Assembly: GCA_963822945.1 (NCBI GenBank)
Contig: CAWGJO010000026.1
Location: forward strand, 124,518 to 188,517
Direction: 5' to 3'
DNA: 64,000 nt
Source: an uncultured Gemmatimonadaceae bacterium
Lineage (GTDB): Bacteria > Gemmatimonadota > Gemmatimonadetes > Gemmatimonadales > Gemmatimonadaceae
This document shows positions 21,847 through 33,870 of this stretch, one piece after another. A program made the position numbers and the translations under genes. Each line of letters begins with the position of its first letter. Position 1 is the stretch's first letter. The notes under the pieces were generated by a model, which saw only the letters and a program-made list of their open reading frames with translations, was not told the origin of the DNA and searched no databases.

Positions 21847-22635
21847 ATGGCCTACCAGTTCATCACCTGCACGCTCTCTGAAGGCGTGGCGACGATCACC
21901 CTCGATCGCCCCGACGTGCTCAACAGCTTCAACCGTGCCATGGCCTCCGAGCTGCAACTCACGCTCGGGGCGCTGGCCAGGGATCCTGCCGTCCGGGCCA
22001 TCCTGCTCACCGGCAACGGCCGGGCGTTCTGCGCGGGCCAGGATCTCAGCGAAGCCGTGCCCGCCGATGCGCCGCTCCCCGATCTCGGCGACATCGTGCA
22101 CGCCAGCTACAATCCGATCGTGCGTCTGATCCGGAGCATCGAGAAGCCGGTGGTGTGCGCCGTGAACGGCGTCGCCGCCGGCGCCGGAGCCAACCTCGCG
22201 CTGGCCTGCGACATCCTCATCGCCGCCGAAGAGGCGTCGTTCATCCAGAGCTTCGCCAAGATCGGACTCATTCCGGACACGGGGGGCACGTTCTTCCTGC
22301 CGCGCCTCGTGGGTCTGCACCGCGCCACGGCGATGATGATGCTCGGTGAGAAGGTCTCGGCTGCCCGGGCGCGCGAGTTGGGTATCGTGCACGACGTGGT
22401 TCCGCACTCCGTGCTGCAGGACACGGCGTTTGCCTTGGCCCGGTCGCTCGCTTCGCAGGCCACGCGCGGATTCGGACTCACCAAGCGCGCGCTCAACCGT
22501 TCGCTGGGCGCCGACCTGGACTCGCAACTCGAGTTCGAAGAGGAACTCCAGCGCGAGGCCGGAAACACGCACGACTATCAGGAAGGCGTCCGCGCCTTTC
22601 TCGAGAAGCGCAAACCCAACTTCACGGGTCAGTGA
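21847..22635 (+). CDS. paaG: 2-(1,2-epoxy-1,2-dihydrophenyl)acetyl-CoA isomerase
   Basis: AFCAGQDL, YNPIV, AVNGVAAGAGANLALACD, KIGLIPDTGG and DYQEGVRAFLEKRKP motifs; paa context. Confidence 0.9.
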   Translation: MAYQFITCTLSEGVATITLDRPDVLNSFNRAMASELQLTLGALARDPAVRAILLTGNGRAFCAGQDLSEAVPADAPLPDLGDIVHASYNPIVRLIRSIEKPVVCAVNGVAAGAGANLALACDILIAAEEASFIQSFAKIGLIPDTGGTFFLPRLVGLHRATAMMMLGEKVSAARARELGIVHDVVPHSVLQDTAFALARSLASQATRGFGLTKRALNRSLGADLDSQLEFEEELQREAGNTHDYQEGVRAFLEKRKPNFTGQ

Positions 22636-23825
22636 TGCCACTCCGCTCCGATACGGTGGTCGGCGTCGTCGGCGCCGGCACCATGGGCGCCGGGATCGCC
22701 CAACTGGCGGCCACGTGCGGCCACCGCGTCGTGCTCTCCGATGCCATGCCCGAGGCCATCGATCGGGCAAGGGCCGGCGTCTCGGCGTCGCTCGCGCGGC
22801 GCGTGGCGAAGGGGAAGCTCGCGCGCGAGGACGCGGATGCTGCGGCGGCGCGCATCACGTACGTCACGGGGAGCGGAGCCGGTGCGTGGGCGCCGTTCGC
22901 CGAGTGCGGCGTCGTGGTCGAAGCCGTGGTCGAGGATCTGGCGCTCAAGAAGACCGTGCTCGCGGCGCTCGAACGGGTGGTGAAACCCGATGCCGTCCTC
23001 GCCACGAACACCTCGTCGCTTCCCGTGGCCGCGCTCGGCGCGGCATGCAGGACGCCAGGGCGCGTGGTCGGGATCCACTTCTTCAACCCGGCGCCGGTGA
23101 TGCCGCTGGTGGAGATCGTGGGCGCGCTCACGACCGACGCCGCGGTGACCGAGGCGGCACGCGCGTTCATTGCGGCGTGGGGAAAGACGACCGTCCTCGC
23201 CGCCGACACGCCCGGATTCATCGTCAATCGCGTGGCGCGCCCATTCTACGGCGAGTCGCTCCGCATTGCCGAAGAGGGCCTCGCCGATTTCGCCACGATC
23301 GATTGGGCGATGCGCGAGATCGGTGGGTTCCGGATGGGCCCGTTCGAACTCATGGACTTCATCGGTAACGATGTGAACTACGCGGTCACCTGCTCGGTGT
23401 TCGAAGCCATGTACTACGATGCCCGCTACCGGCCGGCGCTCACGCAGCGGCGGCTGGTCGAGGCGGGGTTGCTGGGGCGCAAGGCAGGGCGCGGCTACTA
23501 CGACTATCGCGACGGCGCGGAGCGGCCGGCGCCTGTGCAGGACCAGGCGCTGGGCAAGCGCATCGTGGACCGGGTGCTCGCCATGTTGATCAATGAGGCC
23601 GTTGACGCGCTCTATCTGCGCGTCGCGTCGGCGGCCGACATCGACCTCGCGATGACGACCGGGGTCAACTACCCCAAGGGGCTCCTGGAGTGGGGCGACG
23701 AACTCGGCGTGCGCACCGTGCTGCACCGCATCACGGCGCTCCAGGAGGAGTATGGCGAGGACCGCTATCGCCCCAGCCCGTTGCTCCGGCGGCTGGCCAA
23801 GGAAGCGCGGAGAATCCTCGCGTGA
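22635..23825 (+). CDS. paaH: 3-hydroxyacyl-CoA (3-hydroxyadipyl-CoA) dehydrogenase
   Basis: GAGTMGAGIAQ, TNTSS, GIHFFNPAPVMPLVE, PGFIVNR and GVNYPKG motifs. Confidence 0.9.
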   Translation: MPLRSDTVVGVVGAGTMGAGIAQLAATCGHRVVLSDAMPEAIDRARAGVSASLARRVAKGKLAREDADAAAARITYVTGSGAGAWAPFAECGVVVEAVVEDLALKKTVLAALERVVKPDAVLATNTSSLPVAALGAACRTPGRVVGIHFFNPAPVMPLVEIVGALTTDAAVTEAARAFIAAWGKTTVLAADTPGFIVNRVARPFYGESLRIAEEGLADFATIDWAMREIGGFRMGPFELMDFIGNDVNYAVTCSVFEAMYYDARYRPALTQRRLVEAGLLGRKAGRGYYDYRDGAERPAPVQDQALGKRIVDRVLAMLINEAVDALYLRVASAADIDLAMTTGVNYPKGLLEWGDELGVRTVLHRITALQEEYGEDRYRPSPLLRRLAKEARRILA

Positions 23826-24274
23826 CCGTGGTGCCATCGGACGCGCAGGCGCGCGCCGAATCGGTGGTTCGCAGCATGCTGGAGCGCGACGCGTTCAGCC
23901 GGTGGCTGGGTATCGAAGTGCTTGCCGTGTCGCCCGGCCGGTGCACGGTGCGGATGACCGTGCGGACCGAGATGGTCAACGGCTTCGGGGTGGCGCACGG
24001 CGGCGTCACCTACGCGTTGGCCGACAGCGCGCTCGCGTTCGCGTCCAACACCAACGGCCGCGTCACCGTGAGCATCGAGAACAACATCGGGTATCCCGTG
24101 GCGGTGCATCCGGGAAACGTGCTCACCGCCGAAGCGGTGGAGGTGAGCGCGGCCAACCGTGTGGCCTTCTATCATGTGAACGTGCGCAACGAGGCCGACG
24201 TCGTCGTCGCCCTGTTCCGGGGCACCGTCTACCGCACGTCGCAGCATCACGAATCACCCCCGCAATCCCCATGA
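23822..24274 (+). CDS. paaI: Hotdog-fold aromatic acyl-CoA thioesterase
   Basis: DAFSRWLGI, NGFGVAHGG..YALADSALAFASN and ALFRG motifs. Confidence 0.9.
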   Translation: MTVVPSDAQARAESVVRSMLERDAFSRWLGIEVLAVSPGRCTVRMTVRTEMVNGFGVAHGGVTYALADSALAFASNTNGRVTVSIENNIGYPVAVHPGNVLTAEAVEVSAANRVAFYHVNVRNEADVVVALFRGTVYRTSQHHESPPQSP

Positions 24275-25482
24275 CCGACGCTTATCTGATCGACGGCATC
24301 CGTACTCCCGTCGGCAACATTGGCGGCGCGCTGAGCGACGTCCGGGCCGATGACCTGGCGGCGCACGTGTTGTCTACCGTGCTCGCCCGCAACCCGTCGG
24401 TCGATCCCGCGCGGATCACCGACGTGATCATGGGATGCGCCAACCAGGCTGGCGACGACAACCGGAACGTGGCGCGCATGGCGCTGCTGCTGGCGGGACT
24501 TCCGGTGACGGTGCCCGGCGAGACCGTCAACCGGCTGTGCGCGTCGGGGCTGAGCGCGGTGGCGCACGCCTCACGGGGCGTGAAGCTGGGCGAGGGCGAC
24601 CTCTACCTCGCCGGCGGCGTGGAGAGCATGACCCGCGCCCCCTATGTGCTGTCGAAGGGCGGCAAGCCCTACGCGCGCGACATGCAACTGTTCGACACGA
24701 GCTTGGGCTGGCGCTTCGTCAATCCGAGGATGAAGGCGGCCTACGGCACCGACTCCATGGGCGAGACGGCGGAGAACGTGGCCGAGCAGTTCAAGGTGTC
24801 GCGCGACGATCAGGACGCGTTTGCCGTGCGTTCGCAGCAGAAGGCCGCGGCGGCTCGGGAGTCGGGACGGCTGGCCAGCGAGATCGCGCCGGTGGAGATC
24901 CCGCAGCGCAAGGCGGAGCCGATTCGCGTGGAGCACGATGAGTTCATCCGCCCCGGCACGACGTCCGCGATTCTCGCCAAGCTGCGCACCGCCTTCCGCA
25001 CCGACGGCAAGGGTACGGTGACGGCGGGCAATTCCTCGGGGCTCAACGACGGCGGCGCGGCGCTGCTCGTGGCGTCGGAGCGGGGGGCCGCCGAGTTCGG
25101 GCTCGCCCCGAAGGCGCGTGTGGTCTCGGTGGCCGCGGCCGGCGTCGAGCCGAGGATCATGGGCATGGGCCCCGTGCCGTCCACGCGCCGGGCGCTGGAG
25201 CTCGCGGGCCTCACGCTCGACCAGATGGACGTCATCGAGTTGAACGAGGCCTTCGCCGCCCAGTCGCTGGCCTGCCTGCGCGAATTCGGCATCGCCGACG
25301 ACGATCCTCGGGTGAATCCCAACGGCGGCGCCATCGCGCTCGGTCACCCGCTCGGAATGTCCGGCGCGCGGCTCATACTCACGGCGATGCGGGAGTTGGA
25401 GTCGACCAGGCAGCGCTATGCGCTGTGCACCATGTGCATCGGCGTGGGGCAGGGGATGGCCATGGTCCTGGAGCGCGTATGA
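24271..25482 (+). CDS. paaJ: 3-oxoadipyl-CoA thiolase (PaaJ/PcaF)
   Basis: GCANQAGDDNRNVARM, NRLCASG, GWRFVNP, NEAFA, GHPLG and CIGVGQG motifs. Confidence 0.92.
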   Translation: MTDAYLIDGIRTPVGNIGGALSDVRADDLAAHVLSTVLARNPSVDPARITDVIMGCANQAGDDNRNVARMALLLAGLPVTVPGETVNRLCASGLSAVAHASRGVKLGEGDLYLAGGVESMTRAPYVLSKGGKPYARDMQLFDTSLGWRFVNPRMKAAYGTDSMGETAENVAEQFKVSRDDQDAFAVRSQQKAAAARESGRLASEIAPVEIPQRKAEPIRVEHDEFIRPGTTSAILAKLRTAFRTDGKGTVTAGNSSGLNDGGAALLVASERGAAEFGLAPKARVVSVAAAGVEPRIMGMGPVPSTRRALELAGLTLDQMDVIELNEAFAAQSLACLREFGIADDDPRVNPNGGAIALGHPLGMSGARLILTAMRELESTRQRYALCTMCIGVGQGMAMVLERV

Positions 25483-26074
25483 TCTACGAGTTCGAGGGAT
25501 TCGTTCCGGTCATCGACGCGTCGGCCTTCATCCATCCGCAGGCGGCGGTTACGGGCAACGTCGTGATCGGCCGCGACGTGTATGTGGGGCCGGGGGCCGC
25601 CCTTCGCGGCGACTGGGGAGCCGTGATCGTCGGCGACGGATGCAACGTGCAGGAGAGCTGCACCATCCACGCGTTCCCGGGCGCAACGGCGGTGCTCGAA
25701 GATGCGGCGCACATGGGCCACGGATCGGTGCTGCACGGCGGGCGGTTGGGCGAGAACGTGCTCGTGGGGATGAACGCCGTGATCATGGACAACGCCGACG
25801 TCGGGGCCGGGTGCATCATCGGCGCGCTGACCCTGGTGCCAGCCGGCATGCAGATCCCGCCGCGAAAGGTGGTCGTCGGCAGCCCGGCGAAGATCGTGAA
25901 GGACGTGACCGACGAGATGCTCGCCTGGAAGAGCGAGGGCACGCGCGTCTATCAGGGACTGCCGGCCCGCATGCGCGCCGGATGGAACGCCTGCGAACCG
26001 CTCCGCGAAGTCCCCGCCGACCGACGCCAACAGCAGCAGTCGTACCGCACCTGGAAGGAGACGAGGAATCGCGC

Positions 26075-26078
<4 letters not shown>
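25479..26078 (+). CDS. paaY: Hexapeptide-repeat gamma-carbonic-anhydrase-like protein (PaaY/CaiE)
   Basis: FIHPQAAVTGNVVIG, LRGDWG, NVQE, GMNAVIMD and WKSEGT motifs. Confidence 0.9.
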
Positions 26079-28118
<2,040 letters not shown>

Positions 28119-28865
28119 TGCGTCGGTGGGCGATCGGAAGATCCCGTGCCATACTCGAACTGAGATGGTGACGGTAAAGAAGACGCTAAGACGATTGCGG
28201 TAAGAATGACCTGCGTCGCCACCGATAACCTGTCAAGAAAATGTTCGGTGGCGTTTGCATCGACATTTGCCTCGCGGTCGTCATCGGCGTCGGGTGCCTT
28301 TCTTTGTGCGCTCTTGATGGGTGGAACATCCCAACTCGTTGTATCGTGTGCGGGCTGTGACCGCCGTCAGGACGCGAAGCCGCGAGAGCGCAATGAGTTA
28401 TGGCGTATGAAATTGCGCCGTGATCGCTCTGCGGTCTGGACGCCTTCCCGTCCGTCACGATGCAGACTTTAGCGCGAGAGCATCGCCAGATTGTGACCGG
28501 CGCAGATATGTAAAGGGTTAAACCAAACGAGTACCCGGCAATTGCCGGGAACGCAGTCGGTCATCTTAGCCGATTGAGCGACTCAGACAGTTCGTGGATG
28601 GGACGTCCGTGTGGGAATTCTGAATGACTCCCCCAAGTCACTTCGGACCGGGCTCCTCCAGCGGCGCGTTGGCATCGATGTGGGTGGCGCGCCCGAAGGC
28701 AGCTTCATTTGGCCCACGTTGCCGCCGTGCGGGATGCGCCCGCCGGCCTTGTGTGCATGTGGCCGCAGGGGATTCCAGTCGTTGCAGTTCGTCCACCGAC
28801 TTCGTGTCCGTCGTGTCTCGTATCGGCGCGGGGTCTTGGAACTTCACTCGAGGGAACGACACGTT

Positions 28866-31800
28866 ATGACCAGCAACCTCAAGCGTTTGCTCGCTGGTGC
28901 CGCCGTGATGCTGGGACTGTTGCCAGCGATGGCCGCGGCGCAGCAGGGAACGACGATCCGTGGGCGGGTCGTCAACGAAGCGGGCGCCCCAATTCAGGCC
29001 GCGAACGTCAGCATCGCGTCCATGGGCGTCGGCGCGTACACCCAGGCCGACGGCAGCTTTTCGTTGACCATCCCGGCCCGGTACAATGGCCAGACCGCGA
29101 ACCTCGTCGCCCGCCGCATCGGATTCACCCAGCAGACGAAGCCGGTGACGATCTCGGGTTCGACCGTCACGCAGGATTTCGTGCTGACGGCCGTGCCGAC
29201 GGTACTCACCGGTGTCGTGACCACGGCGCTCGGTGCCCAGGTGGAGAAGAGCACGCTGGGGACGGCGCAGCAACAGTTGTCCACGAAGGATCTCACGATC
29301 ACGCCGAGCGACAACGTCGTGACGGCGATCCAGGGCAAGGTGTCCGGCGTGGAGATCACCAGTTCCGGCACGCAGGGCGGCTCGACGCGCATCGTCATCC
29401 GCGGTGCCAACTCGATCAGCGGGAACAACGAGCCCCTGTTCGTCGTGGACGGCGTTCTGGTTTCGAATCGCGATCGCGGCGCGGGTCCAATGGGTGGCTG
29501 GGACTTCGGCAGCGCGATCAGCGATCTGAATCCCGATGACATCGCGACGATGTCGGTGCTCAAGGGCCCGAACGCGGCGGCGCTGTACGGGTCGCAGGCG
29601 GCGAACGGCGTCATCATCATCACGACCAAGAGCGGCCATGTGGCGGGCGGCGGCATCCACACGGAAGCCAACACCTTCTATACGTGGGACAACCCGTCCA
29701 TCCTCCCCGACTACCAGAACCAGTACGGGCAGGGCGCGGGTGGCGCGTTCAAGTACGTGGACGGCGCCGGCGGCGGCGTGAACGACGGCGCCGACCAGAG
29801 CTGGGGACCGCGGCTCAACACGGGCGCCAATATCACGCAGTTCACGTGCCCCACCACGGCCTGCCCGTGGGTGTCGCACCCCAACAACGTGAAGAGCTTC
29901 TTCCCCACCGGCCACAACATGACGGCGAATTTCGCTGTCACCGGTGGCACGCAGAATGCCAATGCCCGCCTGTCGGTCGGAACGGATCAGACGCAGGGCA
30001 TCATTCCCGGCAACTACCTGCAGAAGAACACGGCCATGCTCTCCGGCCGGCTGCAGGTGAACCCGAAGTTCTCCACCAACGCGTCGTTGCAGTACGTGCG
30101 CGACCAGGGGCAGAACCGCCCCGGCCAGGGCTACTCGAACAGCATCCTCGAGAGCTTCGTCTGGTTCGGCCGCCAGGTGGACATGACGGCGCTCAAGAAC
30201 AACTGGCAGAAGAGTGGCTCGCTCAACAACGGGCCGGCCAATCGCGAGTACAACTGGAACTACAACTACCACAACAACCCGTACTTCCTCATGTACGGGA
30301 ATCCCGAATCCGACATCCGCGACCGGCTCATCGGGTCGGTGTCGGCGACGTACAAGTTCAAGGACTGGCTGAGCCTCACGGGCCGGGCCGGCGGCGATGT
30401 GTACAACATGAACATCTCGCAGGACTACTCGGTGGCCGACATCACCGGCGTCAACATGGACTACTCGACGCAGGGCGCCTTCGGCCGGACGAACGACTAC
30501 GTCAACAACCGGAACTCCGACCTGATCCTGAACGCCAACCATGACATTGGCTCCCACATCACCTTCAACGGGATGGTCGGCGGCACGATCCGGCAGCAGC
30601 ACCTGAACACCAGCAACATTTATGTCCGGGGCATCACCGCGGCGGGCATCTACAACGTGTCGAACGCGGCCATCGCGCCCACGCTCGGGCAGTACGTGGA
30701 GAACAGCCAGGTGAACAGCAGCTACGGTTCCGCGGCGTTCACATGGGATGGCTGGTGGACGGTGGAAGGGACGGCCCGCCAGGACTGGTCGTCGACGCTG
30801 CCCAAGGGCAACAATTCCTACTTCTACCCGTCGGGGAACACCTCCGTGGTGCTCACCGACGCGTTCCCGAGCCTCAAGACCGACTGGCTGAGCTACCTCA
30901 AGGTGCGCGGCTCGATCGCCCAGGTCGGGAACGACGCCTCGCCCTACCAGTTGGCGTCGGTCTACAACGGCAGTTCCAACAAGTACTCCGGGCAGCCGCT
31001 GTACAGCCTCAGCCAGTCGCTGGCGAACTCGGATCTGAAGCCGGAGATCACGAAATCGGGTGAGATCGGCGTCGAGGCCAGCTTCTTCAGCGGCCGCGCC
31101 AACCTGGATGCGACGTGGTACCAGAAGGCAACGCGCAACCAGATCTTCAACGTGACGGTGTCCACGGCCTCGGGCTTCAGCCGAAAGGCTATCAACGCCG
31201 GGCGCATCTTCAACCACGGTATCGAAGCCCTGCTCACGGTGATCCCGGTGCAGATGTCGAACGGCTTCCAGTGGACCACCACGTTCAACTTCTCCCGCAA
31301 CCGGAGCATGGTGGATCAGCTCTACCCGGGCGTGACCGCGATCAACCTCAGCGGCAACGACTGGTACACGTACGTCCAGGCCCGCAAGGGACAGCCGTAC
31401 GGCACCCTGTACGGAAACGGCTTCGCGCGCGACAGCGCCACGGGGCAGTTGCTCCTTAGCGGTGGCCTGACCATGAATGGCGGGCAGAAGGTGCTGGGCA
31501 ACGTCCAGCCGGATTGGGTGGGTGGCTGGAACAACGCCATCAGCTACAAGAACTGGACGTTCAGCGCCCTCGTCGACGCGCACGTGGGCGGCGACATCTT
31601 CAGCATCACGAACTGGTTCGGGGAATACGCGGGTGTGCTCAAGAGCACGCTGAATGGGCGTCAGGCCGACTGGAACAACCCGGGACTCGTCATCAAGGGC
31701 ATCGACGCAAGCACCGGCCAGCCGAACACCACGAACGTCACCGCCGAAGAGTACTACCAGAACATCTTCCCGGTGAACGAGCCGAACGTCTACAAGGACA

Positions 31801-32036
31801 CCTACTTCAAGATCCGCGAACTGCGCATCGGCTACGACCTGCCGACGCGGTGGGCGGCCAAGTTCAACGCGACAGCCGTGAACGTCGCGGTCATCGGCTC
31901 GAATCTGCACACCTGGACCAACGTGCCGAACATCGACCCGGAGTTCGCCTACACCACCGGGAACGCCCAGGGTATCGAATACGGAAGCATCCCGAGTCCG
32001 CGGTCCTGGGGCATCAGCATCCGTGTCACCCCATAA
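28866..32036 (+). CDS. SusC/RagA-family TonB-dependent outer membrane transporter
   Basis: Signal peptide; N-terminal carboxypeptidase-regulatory-like domain; PLFVVDG; DLNPDDIATMSVLKGPNAAALYGSQAANGVIIITTK signature; LKPE. Confidence 0.95.
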   Translation: MTSNLKRLLAGAAVMLGLLPAMAAAQQGTTIRGRVVNEAGAPIQAANVSIASMGVGAYTQADGSFSLTIPARYNGQTANLVARRIGFTQQTKPVTISGSTVTQDFVLTAVPTVLTGVVTTALGAQVEKSTLGTAQQQLSTKDLTITPSDNVVTAIQGKVSGVEITSSGTQGGSTRIVIRGANSISGNNEPLFVVDGVLVSNRDRGAGPMGGWDFGSAISDLNPDDIATMSVLKGPNAAALYGSQAANGVIIITTKSGHVAGGGIHTEANTFYTWDNPSILPDYQNQYGQGAGGAFKYVDGAGGGVNDGADQSWGPRLNTGANITQFTCPTTACPWVSHPNNVKSFFPTGHNMTANFAVTGGTQNANARLSVGTDQTQGIIPGNYLQKNTAMLSGRLQVNPKFSTNASLQYVRDQGQNRPGQGYSNSILESFVWFGRQVDMTALKNNWQKSGSLNNGPANREYNWNYNYHNNPYFLMYGNPESDIRDRLIGSVSATYKFKDWLSLTGRAGGDVYNMNISQDYSVADITGVNMDYSTQGAFGRTNDYVNNRNSDLILNANHDIGSHITFNGMVGGTIRQQHLNTSNIYVRGITAAGIYNVSNAAIAPTLGQYVENSQVNSSYGSAAFTWDGWWTVEGTARQDWSSTLPKGNNSYFYPSGNTSVVLTDAFPSLKTDWLSYLKVRGSIAQVGNDASPYQLASVYNGSSNKYSGQPLYSLSQSLANSDLKPEITKSGEIGVEASFFSGRANLDATWYQKATRNQIFNVTVSTASGFSRKAINAGRIFNHGIEALLTVIPVQMSNGFQWTTTFNFSRNRSMVDQLYPGVTAINLSGNDWYTYVQARKGQPYGTLYGNGFARDSATGQLLLSGGLTMNGGQKVLGNVQPDWVGGWNNAISYKNWTFSALVDAHVGGDIFSITNWFGEYAGVLKSTLNGRQADWNNPGLVIKGIDASTGQPNTTNVTAEEYYQNIFPVNEPNVYKDTYFKIRELRIGYDLPTRWAAKFNATAVNVAVIGSNLHTWTNVPNIDPEFAYTTGNAQGIEYGSIPSPRSWGISIRVTP

Positions 32037-32064
32037 CGCGACCGAACCGGAGACCTAATACATC

Positions 32065-33648
32065 ATGACGACACGAAAGACATTGATGGCCGTGGGTGCC
32101 GGGATTGCCCTCTTGGGGGCGGCCGCGTGCAACAACAGCACCCTCACGGACCTGAACAACAATCCGAACAGCCCGACGGACGCCCCGGCGGGCCCCGTGT
32201 TCACCCAGGCCGCCATCAACACGGCGGCCCGCTGGGTGGGCAACGGCTACGACCTGCGGGGCACCGAATGGGTGACCCAGCATCTGGCCGAGGTGCAGTA
32301 CCCCGACGAGGATGACTACAAGCGCCTCCAGGGGAGCCAGACCGCGGGGTGGTTCGACAACCCGTACGACAACGAACTCGAGAACCTGCAGAAGGTGATC
32401 GACAAGGGGAAGGCGAACAGCGATCCGGGCACGTACGCGCCGGCGATGATTCTCCAGGTCTACGGGTTCAGCTTCCTGACCAACAGCTTCGGGGACGTCC
32501 CGTTCTCGCAGGCGCTGCAGGGCGACCAGAGCGGCGGGACGCTCACCCCGGCGTACGATCCGCAGCAGGACATCTACACCGCCATGTTCCAGGAGCTCGA
32601 CGACGCCTCCAAGGCGCTGTCCACGGCGTCCAACTCGCTGGGCGCGGCCGATCCCATCTATGGTGGCGACCCGGGCATGTGGCAGAAGTTCGCCAACTCC
32701 CTGCGCGCGCGGCTGGCGATGCAGGTGGTGAACAAGGACGCGGCGCTTGCCAGCACGCAGCTTACGGCGGCCTTCACGGCGCCCGGCGGGGTGTTCACGT
32801 CAAACGCCGACGCGGCCAAGATGGCGTGGCCGGGCGACGGCGTATTCAACAACCCGTGGTCGGGCAACTTCGCAGGTCGCGACGATCACCGGATGTCGCA
32901 GACCCTCATGAACATCATGCTGGCGAACAACGACCCGCGCGTGCCGATCTACGCCCAGCCCACGGTCCGGGACACCGTCGCGCTCGACACGCTGGTCTAC
33001 CCGAACGTGCGCCGCAACTACGCCGGTATGCCCAACGGGCTCACGCAGTCGACGGCGTCGGTGTACTTCAACGACACGTCCCGGCCCGGCGTGATCTTCT
33101 ATCCCGGGGCAACGACCTACGGCACCTTCGGCGACGGCAGCGGCAAGAGCACGCCGTCCTACCTCATGACCTACGCCGAGGTGGCGTTCATCGAGGCCGA
33201 AGCCGCCAACCGCTCGCTGGGCGGCCTCACCCCGGCCCAGGCGGCCGGGTTCTACGACAACGGCGTCACCGGCTCGATGGAGCAGTGGGGCGTGGCGCCG
33301 GCGGATGCCGCGACGTATCTCGCGCAGCCGGTGGTTGCCTACGCCGGCGGGGCCAACGGCCTCGTGCAGATCGATCAGGAAGAGTGGATCGCGCTGTACG
33401 CCGACGGCGGGCAGGCCTGGGCGCTCTGGCGGCGCACCTGCGTGCCCAACACGGTCAAGCCGGGCCCGTACGCTATCATCAACACCGTTCCGCGCCGCTT
33501 CGAGTACTCGACGAACGACCTGGCGGTGAACGCGGATCAGGTCAATGCCGCGATCACTCGGCAGGGGCCGGACCAGTTCCAGACCAACATGTGGTGGGAC
33601 GTGCCCACCGCGGCGCCGACCTATACCACCGGGTGCGGCCAGCGGTAA
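32065..33648 (+). CDS. SusD/RagB-family lipoprotein
   Basis: Lipobox GAAAC; FGDVPFSQAL, WQKFANSLRAR, DPR, YAEVAFIEAEA and WWD motifs; follows SusC. Confidence 0.92.
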   Translation: MTTRKTLMAVGAGIALLGAAACNNSTLTDLNNNPNSPTDAPAGPVFTQAAINTAARWVGNGYDLRGTEWVTQHLAEVQYPDEDDYKRLQGSQTAGWFDNPYDNELENLQKVIDKGKANSDPGTYAPAMILQVYGFSFLTNSFGDVPFSQALQGDQSGGTLTPAYDPQQDIYTAMFQELDDASKALSTASNSLGAADPIYGGDPGMWQKFANSLRARLAMQVVNKDAALASTQLTAAFTAPGGVFTSNADAAKMAWPGDGVFNNPWSGNFAGRDDHRMSQTLMNIMLANNDPRVPIYAQPTVRDTVALDTLVYPNVRRNYAGMPNGLTQSTASVYFNDTSRPGVIFYPGATTYGTFGDGSGKSTPSYLMTYAEVAFIEAEAANRSLGGLTPAQAAGFYDNGVTGSMEQWGVAPADAATYLAQPVVAYAGGANGLVQIDQEEWIALYADGGQAWALWRRTCVPNTVKPGPYAIINTVPRRFEYSTNDLAVNADQVNAAITRQGPDQFQTNMWWDVPTAAPTYTTGCGQR

Positions 33649-33671
33649 GGCTTCAACCGTACGACTGAACG

Positions 33672-33708
33672 CGAGAGCCCTCCGAGCAATCGGGGGGCTT
33701 CTCGTTTT
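33672..33708 (+). terminator. Intrinsic terminator after the first SusCD pair
   Basis: CGAGAGCCCTCCGA-GCAA-TCGGGGGGCTTCTCG hairpin followed by TTTT. Confidence 0.75.
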
Positions 33709-33758
33709 CGGCTCCCGGCCACATCTCCTGGTTCCCGCTCAGGGCGCCGCCGGCCGCC

Positions 33759-33774
33759 GTCACAAAGATGTGAC
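33759..33774. promoter_or_regulatory. Palindromic candidate operator upstream of the second SusC
   Basis: GTCACA-AAGA-TGTGAC in an AT-richer patch. Confidence 0.4.
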
Positions 33775-33870
33775 AAGCCAGACGTTTCACGAGTTAAGGA
33801 ATTGTAGCTGCCGCCGCCCCGGCCCCGGGGACGGCGGTTCGCTTGCTTTTCCCCACCTTCTGGAGGCGAC

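Noticed and set aside
28360..28420. c-di-GMP-I riboswitch suggested by GGACGCGAAGCC
   Set aside because: The upstream GCAAACC/GNRA P1-P2 elements and the matching downstream stem were not found. Cobalamin and TPP consensus motifs were also not seen.
28206..28472. Small ORFs in the long intergenic region
   Set aside because: No SD, atypical codon usage and no recognisable motif. They cannot be fully excluded without ribosome profiling.
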